DNA from: Octopus bimaculoides
Taxonomy: Eukaryota
Assembly (NCBI RefSeq): GCF_001194135.2
Contig: NC_068993.1
Coordinates: forward strand, 63,450,935 to 63,514,934
Length of the DNA stretch: 64,000 nt
Direction: 5' to 3'
The position numbers were made by a program, and so were the translations under genes. The notes beneath the pieces were generated by a model, which saw only the letters and a program-made list of their open reading frames with translations, was not told where the DNA came from and searched no databases. Of the stretch, positions 28,002 to 38,976 are shown piece after piece. Positions within the stretch are counted from its first letter, which is position 1. Each line of letters begins with the position of its first letter.

Positions 28002-28747
28002 TACAATAGGATTTTACTTTAAGGGCAGGGGAAGAATTGATCTCACCACTGCAACCTAATGGTATTTCTTACCAATTCCTTGTAGAATGATGTTCATGAT
28101 AAAAACTGAGTCTTTGTATTTAGGTGTAATATCAACTTCTGACCATATAATAAATTTGCTTGTTTTGTTATTGTTTACAGCTGTCAGTTCATTAAAGTAG
28201 CTAAATTATCCTCAAATCACATCCTGATATCTTGGAACAATCCTGAGTGAGTTAAGATCTCATTCCATCAAATTAGAGTTCTTACCATGGTTAATGAAGC
28301 ATTAAGTCAACGAGAGTGCAAAACTTCCTCCTGGAAGAGATATCAGTTCATTGCAAAGTTAAACTGTTGCTACTGAGATTCGGTTGAGTAACAGGAAATG
28401 AAAGCCCCATGTGCAAGGACACAACACATTTTCTGTTCCAGGAACTGGATCTACAATCTTAAAATGATGCTTTGGTACCGTAATTAGTGAACCTTACTTG
28501 TTCATTTAGTGTCTATGTGGAAAAACAAAATTTTTAAAAACTAAAAGAGAATGGTAAAGGAGATAAAATTGGTACTTACTATAGAAAAATCTAGAACTCG
28601 AAGAATCCATACTGTAAGGGCCAAGTTCATAATAACAAGGATCATGAGTAACAGAATGAACGCATATAAACAGCGTTTCCTCCAACCATAAATACCGACA
28701 GGTAAGAAACCCCCAAAAGTTTCATTTGAAATATGCGTTGGCCTCAT
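956..28747 (-). CDS. Sgcd: Sarcoglycan of the gamma/delta/zeta class (single-pass type II membrane protein, dystrophin-glycoprotein complex); complete 7-exon CDS, 282 aa: [282 protein letters not shown]
   Basis: Manually assembled: seven exons with canonical AG/GT boundaries splice into one open frame (168+102+88+120+67+124+180=849 nt). Family hallmarks: [12 protein letters not shown] followed by a TM helix, GMGxLR, NVT sequon, SIETP, C-terminal CxC..GRLFL..C..C cluster. The symbol is nominal because invertebrates generally have one co-orthologue of SGCG/SGCD/SGCZ. Confidence 0.96.
1695..1950. mobile_element. pogo/Tigger-like MITE (Tc1/mariner superfamily) in the last sarcoglycan intron
   Basis: TA|CAGTGGAATCTTGTCTTATGAA ... 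TTTATGAACCAAAGTTCCATTG|TG: imperfect ~22-bp TIRs of the CAGTGGAACC type, left TA target intact. Confidence 0.65.
2261..2384 (-). CDS. Sgcd: Sarcoglycan coding exon 6 ([42 protein letters not shown])
   Basis: Acceptor tgtctag|AATTGAA (pyrimidine tract interrupted by a 10-N gap at 2392-2401), donor TCTTTT|gtaagt; 124 nt, phase 2-0; aligns to [23 protein letters not shown]. Confidence 0.9.
3055..3121 (-). CDS. Sgcd: Sarcoglycan coding exon 5 ([23 protein letters not shown])
   Basis: Acceptor ttcttttcaatccag|GCAAC, donor TTGGT|gtaaga; 67 nt, phase 1-2; SIETP motif. Confidence 0.92.
3272..3310 (+). mobile_element. Solo Tc1/mariner terminal fragment
   Basis: TA|CAGGGTGGCCCAAAAGTAGG resembles a Tc1/mariner TIR start; no partner TIR found. 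Confidence 0.45.
3707..3758. repeat. Minisatellite (CTTCACACATCCT)x4
   Basis: Four exact 13-bp units read directly. Confidence 0.95.
5368..5487 (-). CDS. Sgcd: Sarcoglycan coding exon 4 ([41 protein letters not shown])
   Basis: Acceptor gtaatttcctcag|GAGAG, donor AAAG|gttagt; 120 nt, phase 1-1; aligns to [26 protein letters not shown]. Confidence 0.93.
5945..6335 (-). mobile_element. 3' end of an RLE-encoding non-LTR retrotransposon (R4/Dong-like), 5'-truncated
   Basis: ORF 6066..6335 reads [36 protein letters not shown]...[25 protein letters not shown], the typical R4/Dong C-terminus, followed by a short 3' UTR and a (TAA)n-like tail. Confidence 0.75.
6688..6775 (-). CDS. Sgcd: Sarcoglycan coding exon 3 ([30 protein letters not shown])
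   Basis: Acceptor ttcttcttcttgcag|AAAAAG, donor ATAG|gtgagt; 88 nt, phase 0-1; carries the conserved NVT sequon. Confidence 0.94.
9672..9960 (-). mobile_element. Family C copy in sarcoglycan intron 2, inverted relative to 12619-12962
   Basis: catcatttaac..ttttccatgctggcatgggttggacgg..cccttcctaatgccaaccactcc.agagtgtagtgggtgcttttt. Confidence 0.85.
12394..12495 (-). CDS. Sgcd: Sarcoglycan coding exon 2 ([34 protein letters not shown])
   Basis: Acceptor tttttcag|GGTGGAATG, donor TTGCCA|gtaagt; 102 nt, phase 0-0; aligns to vertebrate [21 protein letters not shown]...EIQSRP exon. Confidence 0.96.
12619..12962 (+). mobile_element. RTE-tailed SINE/short LINE family C; others 9672-9960(-), 32345-32570(-), 45204-45415(-), 41755-41965(+), 30380-30570(+), 3385-3495(+), 16880-16995(+), 31790-31930(-), 58010-58160(+)
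   Basis: gtggttggc.ttaggaagggcatccagctgtagaaa..ccaacccatgc.agcatggaaa..gacgttaaa followed by a (GAT)n tail; many copies. Confidence 0.85.
13000..13320 (-). mobile_element. Degraded non-LTR retrotransposon RT N-terminal region
   Basis: Reads [19 protein letters not shown]...[19 protein letters not shown]...LSSYTSI, resembling FT.EEV..A..L / FN...P...IVP.PK / SYRPIS. Confidence 0.5.
22757..22843. repeat. Long (TA)n microsatellite; similar at 63038-63123; numerous (CA)n, (GA)n, (GAT)n, (TAA)n, (TATG)n arrays throughout
   Basis: Direct inspection. Confidence 0.95.
25015..25825 (+). mobile_element. Degraded mariner (DD34D-type) transposase, antisense in sarcoglycan intron 1
   Basis: Motifs in order, with stops and frameshifts: [16 protein letters not shown] (HTH), [18 protein letters not shown] (WVPHEL), [25 protein letters not shown] (first D region), [12 protein letters not shown] (YSPDL motif). 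Confidence 0.88.
25830..26570 (-). mobile_element. Highly degraded Penelope-like (PLE) reverse transcriptase remnant
   Basis: Patchy similarity: IVKAEAKG (~ADKG), TLDADSILY (~DVxSLY), KPNYFKL (~NNYFxF), [20 protein letters not shown] (~FTHSYS..FLD..YxKPT). No intact YxDD seen. Confidence 0.4.
28580..28747 (-). CDS. Sgcd: Sarcoglycan coding exon 1 (MRPTH...[19 protein letters not shown]); exon begins at 28753 with 6 nt before the ATG
   Basis: Acceptor ttttttcttctcatttcag|GATACCATGA (ACCATG context), donor TCTATA|gtaagt at 28579; 56 codons, phase 0. Confidence 0.96.
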
Positions 28748-29706
28748 GGTATCCTGAAATGAGAAGAAAAAATGAAAGAAGATTAATATTCTTTGAGGTT
28801 TTTGTTAGTTTTGTAACTTTTTTCTTTTACAATCAAGTTTGAGAAGGAAGGTTGTTGTCCACAGTTCTTTCATTTGGAGGGGACAATTTGAAACATTTGC
28901 GTAAGATGAAAAAAAATATTTATTCCTTTGGTTTGAAATTATTTTCCATTCTTTTGTGGTCAGGGATTAACCGATAATCCTTCCCCACTTATATTACAGG
29001 TACTTTCTATTCCTATTCCACTTCTCCCTGTTTGTAACCTATAGAAAAGTATTTACGACTTCCAAAGAAATTCTGAATAACCAATGAGAGGATGTGAAGC
29101 AAGCCTTGTTGATAACAAGAATGGACAGTAGAGGACATCATCCAGGAATCCTAGTCTTTGGGAACAGGCATGAAAATCTAGCAGACTTTCTTGATTAATT
29201 TAGGATTGTTTTATCCTGATTCACCTGCGAGAGGAGGCCATCCAACATTGACTTAGGTCTGCTCAATCAGGTTGACCTGGGGCTAAACAACTGCATTAAT
29301 TCTGATCATATTAGATCGCAATTAGGACAGTAGAATATCCGAGCGCTAAGCTGAAATGAACTCCAGTTATTTGCCATCTTTGCATTTCTTATAAAATACA
29401 TACCAGCTATACACTGGTGTCAATAACTATATTTACATCTCTACAAATTTGTGGGCTTTTTTCTTTTTTTTTTATTGTGTTTCAATGCCAGAAATCAATT
29501 TATTTACCAAAATTTCTTATAAAACTTAATCTTAGAATAGACTTAAGAATATTTGGATTGAAATTTTTTGCAAGCTTCAAGGAATGTCTTGTCTGGAATT
29601 GGAACAAGTAAAGTTTACATTTTAATAGAAAGTTAAAAAATAATTGTATCACACACTAAAAGAAAAACTGTTTATTATACACACACAAACACACACATTC
29701 ACATAC

Positions 29707-29805
29707 CTCCCCGTCCCCCACCCATATGTGTTGGCGCTAAAAACTGGCATCGAAACCCAAGTAAAATATCACTGATTAGAGACAGACTGTGACACTAAGT
29801 TCAGT

Positions 29806-29842
<37 letters not shown>

Positions 29843-29990
29843 ACATAAACACGGTGGCAGACACAAAAACCACTTCCACCAACAGCCTGAACTTCAAACT
29901 AGATTCAGCTCCTCCCCTTCCTCCTCCCCTCTCCGCTAAGGGTTGTAGTAAGAGAAGCACTGTTTCTCTCGTTAATCTTATACAGGTCAG
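29707..29990 (-). promoter_or_regulatory. Candidate non-coding first exon / promoter-proximal region of the sarcoglycan gene (5' boundary unknown)
   Basis: Strong donor GGGGAG|gtatgt at 29707/29706, about 0.95 kb upstream of coding exon 1. About 13 CpG in 29701-30200 by manual count, more than surrounding DNA appears to have. In-frame TAG at 29739-29737. No transcript evidence. Confidence 0.35.
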
Positions 29991-31242
29991 ACTCTAGGCC
30001 GTGAGTGTTAGTTATACGGAGATAAACACACAGTACTTAGGGAACTCAGAGGATACCCTGATGCTTTCACTACCAGAATCTAGCTAAATGATTATTCAGC
30101 GCTCACACACACACACACAAAAATGTGCATGTGTGTGTGTGTGTGTGTGTGTGTAAATATGTATATCCGAGGCGCAGGAAAAAGCCGAAGAATTAATTAA
30201 GCTCTTTATTATAAAATCTTGAAATATATATCTTAGGGGCAGACATGGGTGAGTGGTTAGGAAGCTTGCTTCCCAACCATGTGCTCTTGGGTTCAGTCCC
30301 ACTGTGTGACGCTTCTACTGTAGACCCAAGCCAACCAAGGCCTGGTGAATGGGTTTGGTTGACAGAAACTGAAATAGTTCTAAGCATTGGTGCTGGTGCC
30401 ACATAAAAAGCACCTTGTCCACCCTGTAAAGTGGTTGGCATTAGGAAGGGTATCCACCCAGAGAAACCCTGCCAAAACAAACTACGGAACCCTGTGCACC
30501 CCCTCGCCTTCCCAGCTCTGTGAGACCATCCAACCCATGGGAAACAAGCATTAGATGGTAATGATGACGAAAAACGCACACACGCACACACACCCACACA
30601 CACACACACACATTACAAATCTATCGGATTTACAGGGATATATATATAACACTCTACCAATACATTGAATTAAGACTATCTCTCTCTCTCTCCCTCACAA
30701 ACACATGGAGGCCACCAGGTGTAGACATCCCAGCCCTGGCAAGGTAGGTCATCTGGTGCACACATCTGTTATCTGTCAGAATCAGGGATAACCTGATGAT
30801 GGATTAGGTGTCTGTTCGTTCCTACACACATCTTTGTGTTGCTTCCTTTACGATATTCTTTTCTCTATCAAATGGAATCCAGGATGCAGTGAACCCAACT
30901 TTTAACCAAAGAAATTTCAAATAAGGCTTTTCAAAAAATAACGCAAATACTTGACTTGCATTGTTCATACTCTCCTTCTCTCTGTCTCTGTCTCTGTCTC
31001 TCTCTCCCTCTGTCTGTCTCTGTCTCTCTCTCCCTCTCTCTCTGTCACTGTCCCTCTCTCCCTCTCTCTCTCGCACACACACACACATGCTTACATGTAT
31101 TTAAGACTAAATATTCGTTGGTTAACACATTGTATAGGATTTCTTTGCATCCCAACCATCTGCTTCTGGATTTAGTTCTGTTGCATATATATATAAGCAT
31201 ACATACATAAATGCATGTATACATACATACATACACACACAC

Positions 31243-31321
<79 letters not shown>

Positions 31322-32789
31322 CATATATATATATGCATACATACATATATGCATGCTTGCATATACATATATACATACGAAAATATATGTGTAGATGAAT
31401 AAGGTTTGTTGTGCCTGGGGCTGCTTTTGCCCTGAGGCCATTCACCCAGCAGGTCAGGTTGAATAAACTGCAAAGAATCCTTGCATTTCCATTCCAACCA
31501 AATGGTTATTCTCTCTGCCATGTCACATTTTCCGCTGATGCATTCCTAGCGCAGATCAAACATCCTCGGTTCATAGGGTTAAGAGTTTTATCAAGGTTTC
31601 CCTGCTGGGTAGGATCTAAAGAAACCATTCTTCAAACTTTCTTCCCTTTTCATTATAAATCATTGTCGCTTGCACGTGTGTGTGTATGTGTATGTGTGTG
31701 TTTGTGTGTGTGTGTGTGTGCGTGCATGCATGCGTGTGTGCTTGTGTATAGAGAATATTGCTGTATTCCATGCATTAAGTTCATCATCATTATCGTCATC
31801 ATCATTTAACATGTTTCTCCATGCTGGCATGGGTTGGACTGCTTGACAGGAGCTGACAAACCACAGGACTTCATCAAGCTCTACTGTCTGTTTTGACACG
31901 GTTTCCCACAGCTCGATGGCCTTCCCACGACTTGCAAAGGTGCAACAGGAGCTGTGGTGGTGTGCTAATAGCTTTGGTTATCAGCTGATAAAGGTGTGAT
32001 AGTAATTGTAGTAGTAGTAGTAGTAGTTACAGAGATAAAGGAGTGACAAGCCTGTTCATGCATCGGAGCAATGAAGACCGTCTAATCTTCCTAAAGGAAG
32101 AGTGGTGCCTTATGCAGCGACCTGGTTTGAAGTGAAGAACCATTGTGCACTGCAAAACTCACTCTCTCATCCATGACCAGTCCGGTGGCATGACTCGGTC
32201 AAGATGACCGGGGATGGGGACAGATGCAGTGGATGACCAACAGGTTTGCTTTGCCTCGTTTCTCTCCGTTAAACCATAGAGGTTCCTTTCAACAGAGTCC
32301 TCAAGATTCAGCCTTCATATGCATAGGAAGGCAAGCTTTAATTGTCATCATCATCATCGTTTAATGTCCGTTTTTCTATGCTGGCATGGGTTGGATAGTT
32401 TGGCTGGGGACTGGCAAGGCTGGAAGACTGCACCAGACTCCAGTCTGATTTGGCAAGGTCTTTACAGCTGGATGCCCTTCCTAATGCCAACCACTCTGAG
32501 AGTGTAGTGGGTGCTTTTTACAAGCCACCAGCACGAGAGCCAGTCAGGCGGCACTGGCATCGACCACGGCAATATGCTAATTAATTCTTCAGGTTAGTGT
32601 AGACCTGGAAACGATAATTGTTAAGAGTAGATTCCCCTCCTCTCAAAACCATGGAACTCCAAAACCAGGGCCCCATAACCAGTTGCAGATTAAAGTCTAT
32701 AAGTACCTGGTGACAGCTGTGTAAAGTAAACGAGCTTAGAGGCTTTGTATATGTTCCACAAGGTGCTAAACATACTTTTATTCTACAAA

Positions 32790-33113
32790 TGGCACTCCAT
32801 CGGTTCTGATGAAGAGGGTTCCAGTTGATCCAACCAACGGAACAACCTGCTTGTGAAATTAATGTGTAAGTGGCTGAGTACTCCACAGACACGTGGACCC
32901 TTAATGTAGTTCTCAGGGAAATTAAGAGTGTGACACAGAGTGTGACAAGGCTGACCCCTTTGAAATACAGATACAACTCTTTTACCATGTTAGTGGACTG
33001 GAGCAACATGAAATAAAGTGTCTTGCTCAAGGACACAATGCACTGCTGGGAATTGATCTGACAACCTTATGATTGTAAGCTGGATACCCTAACCACCAAA
33101 CCACGTGCCTTCA
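32790..33113 (-). mobile_element. tRNA-derived SINE family D; others 21315-21600(-), 1-215(+, degraded), 11880-12010(+, partial)
   Basis: ggttccagttgatcc..caacggaac..cctgct.gtgaaattaa.gtg.aagtggctgag.actccacagacacgtg..gtgtcttgctcaaggacacaa..cctaaccac..ccacgtgccttcac. Confidence 0.8.
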
Positions 33114-33550
33114 CCTTTATTCCACAATACTAACCTGAATCAGAGAGCGATGAAGAGTTGAATCCCTGACTGCTTAGACTAGGAATGTTTGGTGAGTACA
33201 TGGTCACCCAGATTGAGTCCTATATCAACCTGGCCAGTGGTGGGGAGGAGCTTCTTAAAGGGCTGTTGATTGTATTAAGAAGAAGGGAAGTTTCAATGAA
33301 GAATTGATGACAAGAGTTGAATGTTTAGAGTAAATTATTTTGTTTTTTAGTTTGGGCAGAGAGGAGTAGGTTGAGGTGCGTGGAACGAAGTTCTTTCCCC
33401 ATCATCTGTCAAAGACTTAGCAGAACAATGAAAGCTACAAGCAGAAATATTTGTCTATTAAGGAATTATTTGAAAAATTTGGCAAGTGGAAGAGAGAGAG
33501 AGAGAGAGGGAGAGAGAGAGAGAGAGAGAGAGNNNNNNNNNNNNNNNNNN

Positions 33551-33582
<32 letters not shown>

Positions 33583-35680
33583 TGTAATGGGGTAGATGAG
33601 GAAGGGAGAGGAGGAAGATGGGTTTTGATTCTCATCTGTTTAGGCATTAATTACTGAAGAATCTCGACCCTCCATCGCCCATCATCAAGTAATTTGGTCT
33701 CCACCTGCCTTCAACAGAGTGCGGAGGAGGAGGAGGAGGAGTGAAGATGTAGAGAAAGAGACAGAGAGAATGAATTGTATGAAAGAGGATTGTGTCAGTA
33801 GTAGGAGGTGGGGATGGTGGTGGAGGTGAGATCCGGGGGGGGGTGGTGTNNNNNNNNNNGGGATGGTGGTGGAGGTGAGATCCGGGGGGGGGTGTAATAA
33901 TGCCCTCACTCTCTCCCCTACCTCTCCTCCCCTCTCTCTCTTCTCATCCTTTACAGAATCAGCCAGGAGCAGAAGAGGAGATTGTATCCTATAACCTGGA
34001 GTTTGCTGTCAACAATGACGATGACGATGATGATGGTGGTGATTGTTATAATGATGACATAAGACTGATGAGGTTGATTAAGCTAATGGGGGGGGAGAAG
34101 AAGATGGAGGAGGAGGAGGAGNNNNNNNNNNNNNNNNNNNNNNNNNNNNNNNNNNNNNNNNNNNNNNNNNNNNNNNNNNNNNNNNNNNNNNNNNNNNNNN
34201 NNNNNNNNNNNNNNNNNNNNNNNNNNNNNNNNNNNNNNNNNNNNNNNNNNNNNNNNNNNNNNNNNNNNNNNNNNNNNNNNNNNNNNNNNNNNNNNNNNNN
34301 NNNNNNNNNNNNNNNNNNNNNNNNNNNNNNNNNNNNNNNNNNNNNNNNNNNNNNNNNNNNNNNNNNNNNNNNNNNNNNNNNNNNNNNNNNNNNNNNNNNN
34401 NNNNNNNNNNNNNNNNNNNNNNNNNNNNNNNNNNNNNNNNNNNNNNNNNNNNNNNNNNNNNNNNNNNNNNNNNNNNNNNNNNNNNNNNNNNNNNNNNNNN
34501 NNNNNNNNNNNNNNNNNNNNNNNNNNNNNNNNNNNNNNNNNNNNNNNNNNNNNNNNNNNNNNNNNNNNNNNNNNNNNNNNNNNNNNNNNNNNNNNNNNNN
34601 NNNNNNNNNNNNNNNNNNNNNNNNNNNNNNNNNNNNNNNNNNNNNNNNNNNNNNNNNNNNNNNNNNNNNNNNNNNNNNNNNNNNNNNNNNNNNNNNNNNN
34701 NNNNNNNNNNNNNNNNNNNNNNNNNNNNNNNNNNNGGGACAAACAGGCACAAAGACACACAAGCGCATAGATACATACATGAAGGATTCCTTCAGTTTCC
34801 ACCCACTGAATCCACAGACACGCTTTGGTCAGCCTGAGGCTTAGTGTCCCACCACTGCTTGGTAACTGGTGTTGGTGTGTTTATGTCCCCATTACTTAGC
34901 CGTTCAGTGCTTATTTTATTGACTCTGGTGAGAAGAAAGCAAAGTTGACTGAGATGCCAGAGACATAAGCAAATACCACCAGGTATTTTTATTCAACACC
35001 TTCACTCTGCCATCCCTTCTCCACACACACACACTTTCCCATGACCTAATTTCACTGACAAGACTTTGGTCAGCCCAAGGCTATGGGAGAAGATACTCAA
35101 AGGGTCACAAAATGAGATTGAATCCAGAACCATGGGATTGCAAAGCAAACTTCTTTACCACGGGGTCATGCCTGCACCTAAGATAATAAATTTATCTGGA
35201 CTAGGTCCCTTTAGAGGGGTAGAAATGGAATGTTGAGATGTTTGATTGTTTTCCAGTAAATGAAACGAAAAGGCTCCAACTGGGAATTGAAATCTTATCT
35301 CTTTCTTGGTTTTTGCTCTGTAGCACTCACCACTCTAATTATATAAAAAAGAGAATTTGTTGGGTGTGAATTTGTAAGAAAAATGAGATTTAGCAGCTGA
35401 AATTGATTCCAGTTCAAGTCTGGTACAATCTCAGCAGGATGAATGGTGAGATTTGAACTCAAAAATATACGAGAACAGAATCAAATACTGTATTTAATCA
35501 ATCACGTTAGCATTTCTCTCTCACAACTGACTCTTTGGCCTGGAACTACCATTTTTATCTTCCACTTCTCTAAGAACAGCCACAACAACGTTTCTTGAAA
35601 CAAAAATATTTATTCGATATAAAGGAAGTGAGGTGATTTAATTCCATAAGTCTCAGACAAAATCCCATTAATTCTGCTAT

Positions 35681-35748
<68 letters not shown>

Positions 35749-35870
35749 ATGTGAGAATGGGAGCTTATAAAAGTGAGGGTATACATGTCCCAAGTATGTG
35801 GGTGCTTGCTTGTGAGAGAGCTTACAAGAGTGAGTCTGTGTGTATGAAATGGAAGAAAGAGAAAGTAGAG

Positions 35871-35915
<45 letters not shown>

Positions 35916-36432
35916 GTGCACTACAGTCTGTGGTATTAATGGTCACAGTTGGAAGAAAGAGAAGGAAGAATTTCGCTGCCAGTTCTCTCTGCCTGCTGAG
36001 ACTTGCAATCTAACCTAATTTCTTCCCTAAGGACCTGTTTTGGTTTGTCTACTGAAAGAAAGAAATTATATATAAATAAATAAATAAATCATTTCCTAAA
36101 TGTAGGGAGTCAAGGCTAAGATGCATATGCCCCCCCCCCATTTCTCCCTCTTCTTCCTGTCGTCATAGAGTTTGAGGGGCTTTTGGGGGAAGGCACAATA
36201 TTAATTGTAATAATAAAGATGACTTCTAAATAACAGTTATAATAATATTTCTCATATTGGTAGAGGGCCGATAATTTCAGGGAAGGAAGAACAGTTGAGT
36301 GTATCGACCCCAGTAGATGACTGGTACACTTTAGGTTATCAACTCCAGAAGATTGAAAAGCAAAGATGATCTTGGTCAGACTTACACCTCCCCCCAAATT
36401 GTTGGCCTTAGGAATTACATGGTCAGTTCTGA

Positions 36433-36597
36433 GAATTTGACTTCCAGACAGAAAAGGTGTTAGAGCACTGAAGGCCGGATAGAGTAACGTTTAGCAGGGA
36501 CAAACAAGTCCCTAATGATTGACACGGCAGTGCCTGGCGATCAACATATCATCATGAAAGAAAGAGAAAAGGTTGATAAGTATGGAAACCTGAGACA
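36433..36597 (+). mobile_element. Fragment of the restriction-like endonuclease domain of an R4/Dong-like LINE
   Basis: Reads EFDFQTEKVLEH*RPDRV..(frameshift)..LMIDTAVPGDQHIIMKEREKVDKYGNLR, the RPD..ID.AVP..EK..KY catalytic motif. Confidence 0.75.
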
Positions 36598-37389
36598 CTG
36601 GCCCAAGGTGACATGAACCGGGGGGGGGGGGACCATGTGGTTGGTAAGCAAGCTACTTACCACACTGCCACTCCTATCTATATTGGTGTGAGTCACTTGG
36701 ACACATCATCAGTGTTATTTCCTGAGGGTCATTAGGGGTTTCAGGTTGTTGAACACCAGATGCCCACTCCCAGGTCGCCCAGCTGAGATTGATCAAGCCA
36801 CTGTGTCCAGTTAACATTACTCCTGGTAACCCTAACCCCATCCAGATTTCCTGATACACAACCACCTTCACAGCCAACCTGATCGCCTTCACTCTATCAG
36901 TCTCTGCAGTGACAAGCTGTCTGCTCAAAAGTGGGACTGACCCTCAAACCATCTTCATCCAATTCCAATGGGATCCCTCGTCCCATGGCACCCGTTGATT
37001 TAGCATAATGCCATAAGTTAAGTATATTCCCTCCTCTCATTCTTGTTAGCATCCTTGATGCAATCCTCTTGAGGAATGGAACCAATATATAATCCAAATT
37101 CTACACCAGACCAGTAACCTAATATCTACCAATAGATGTATGCATATCCTTATATAAACTTACAAATCTTATACTAAAGCCCTCCAAAATCTGGATTATA
37201 TCAAAAAATTTAATTGAATCATACAAGCAGTTTACTCATTAGAAATTTAATTTTGAAAGGGTTCAGTCAGTGTTTGGAACAAAATATTCTTATATAAATT
37301 TATGATGGAATGTTTTCATTTAAATATAAACAATTTCAAACATATTTCTCTTAAAGAAATGTTTCGGTTTTATTCAACTGAAAGCAGAG

Positions 37390-37448
<59 letters not shown>

Positions 37449-38724
37449 TTCCCTCTCCCTCCCCCCTCTCTCTCCCCCTCAGGCTGCTCTCAAATGAATA
37501 TGGTTAGCTAATCTTTTCAAAACCTACCAACTCTCATAAACGTTATGTATATATGAGCATAGGCATATATATATATACGTGTGTGTGTGTATGTGTGTGT
37601 GTATGTGTGTGTATGTGTGTGTGTATGTGTGTGTGTAATATTCATATAATGTAAGAGATCAAAGTTTATTCATGTCTGTGTCTGTCCCTTTGACTGCTTT
37701 CGTTTCAGTTTTGTTGTTGTTGTTGTTGTTGTGCTGCTAATAAAAAATTACAATACCATCATAGCAATCATATTAACAATTAATTACACACAATTCTATT
37801 AAGCTTATTTTATTATTATCATCTTAGAATATACACACATACATCTATATATATATATATATACACACACATATATAGGCACACACATATGCACATATAT
37901 GTATATACACACACATGCTAACACACACACACGTATATATATGTATACAAACACTTACACACAAGTATATGTGTTGTTGGGTCTCAAAGTATTTTGTCTG
38001 ATGTCTGCTCTACAACTTTGGTGTCTGATTCTTCACAGAAATAATGGTGAACTCTACAACTGTAGTACCAGTGACCAGGGAGTGACGTCTGAGGAATTAC
38101 TTTGGTACTTCGTAGTAGCAGTAGTAATAATAGCAGCAGCAGCAGCAGCGACCACACACAAAAAAAAAACGAATGTAACTGTTTCCATGTTTTGTAATGG
38201 TTTACGTTTATAGAGCATGATGGAATTGTTTAGGTTTTGATCTCACAATTCCAGAACAAACCATTCAGGAACATACACCCAGGAATGTCTAGCTTTGTGT
38301 GTGTGTGTATGTGTGGGGGGAGAGAGAGAGAGAGAGAGTGAACATTGCCAAACATCAATTTCAGAATTGATTCCTCTTCAGGGAATATTTGCAGAGTTCA
38401 ATGATATTTTGTTGTTGTTGTTCAACCCTAGGTGAGTCCACGTGGAGCAGAATTATGATCAAAAATGTTCCAGTTGTGACCATGTTAAATACTTGTATAT
38501 CTAGGACTACATTATCCAATGTGTACATGTCTGTTTGCTATTTCCAACAGGCCGAGCTTTCATGTTGGGCAAGGACGGTGAGACTTTTTGATCTTATGAG
38601 TCAACTGGTTATCAATAAAAACATGGAGGGGTGAGTCTTGGCTGAGAAGAAGAATAAATGCTTAATTTTATAAACTCATAACCACTGCTACCGCCACCAC
38701 CACCAAAAAGAAAAGTGGGCTTGC

Positions 38725-38795
38725 TACTTACTGCCTATGGTACCATGCTACCTGTTTTCTTTTCCAACTATCAAATACTTTCCTGGTTGTGCCTA
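38725..38795 (-). mobile_element. Very short 3' stub of the same R4/Dong-like LINE
   Basis: accaggaaagtatttgatagttggaaaagaaaacaggtagcatggtaccata matches the 3' end of the 5945-6335 element. Confidence 0.6.
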
Positions 38796-38906
38796 TTATT
38801 ATTATTATTATTATTATTATTGGTTTGTTCATTTTGAGAAGTTGTAGATATAATAGTTTGTAAAAAAGACAAGTTGAGTTTGTTAAGCTTCTTACTTCAT
38901 TACATA

Positions 38907-38976
<70 letters not shown>

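Noticed and set aside
33940-34030. Plus-strand polypyrimidine tract plus AG followed by NQPGAEEEIVSYNLEFAV, a possible exon
   Set aside because: No donor before a (GAT)n repeat and an N-gap, and no recognisable homology
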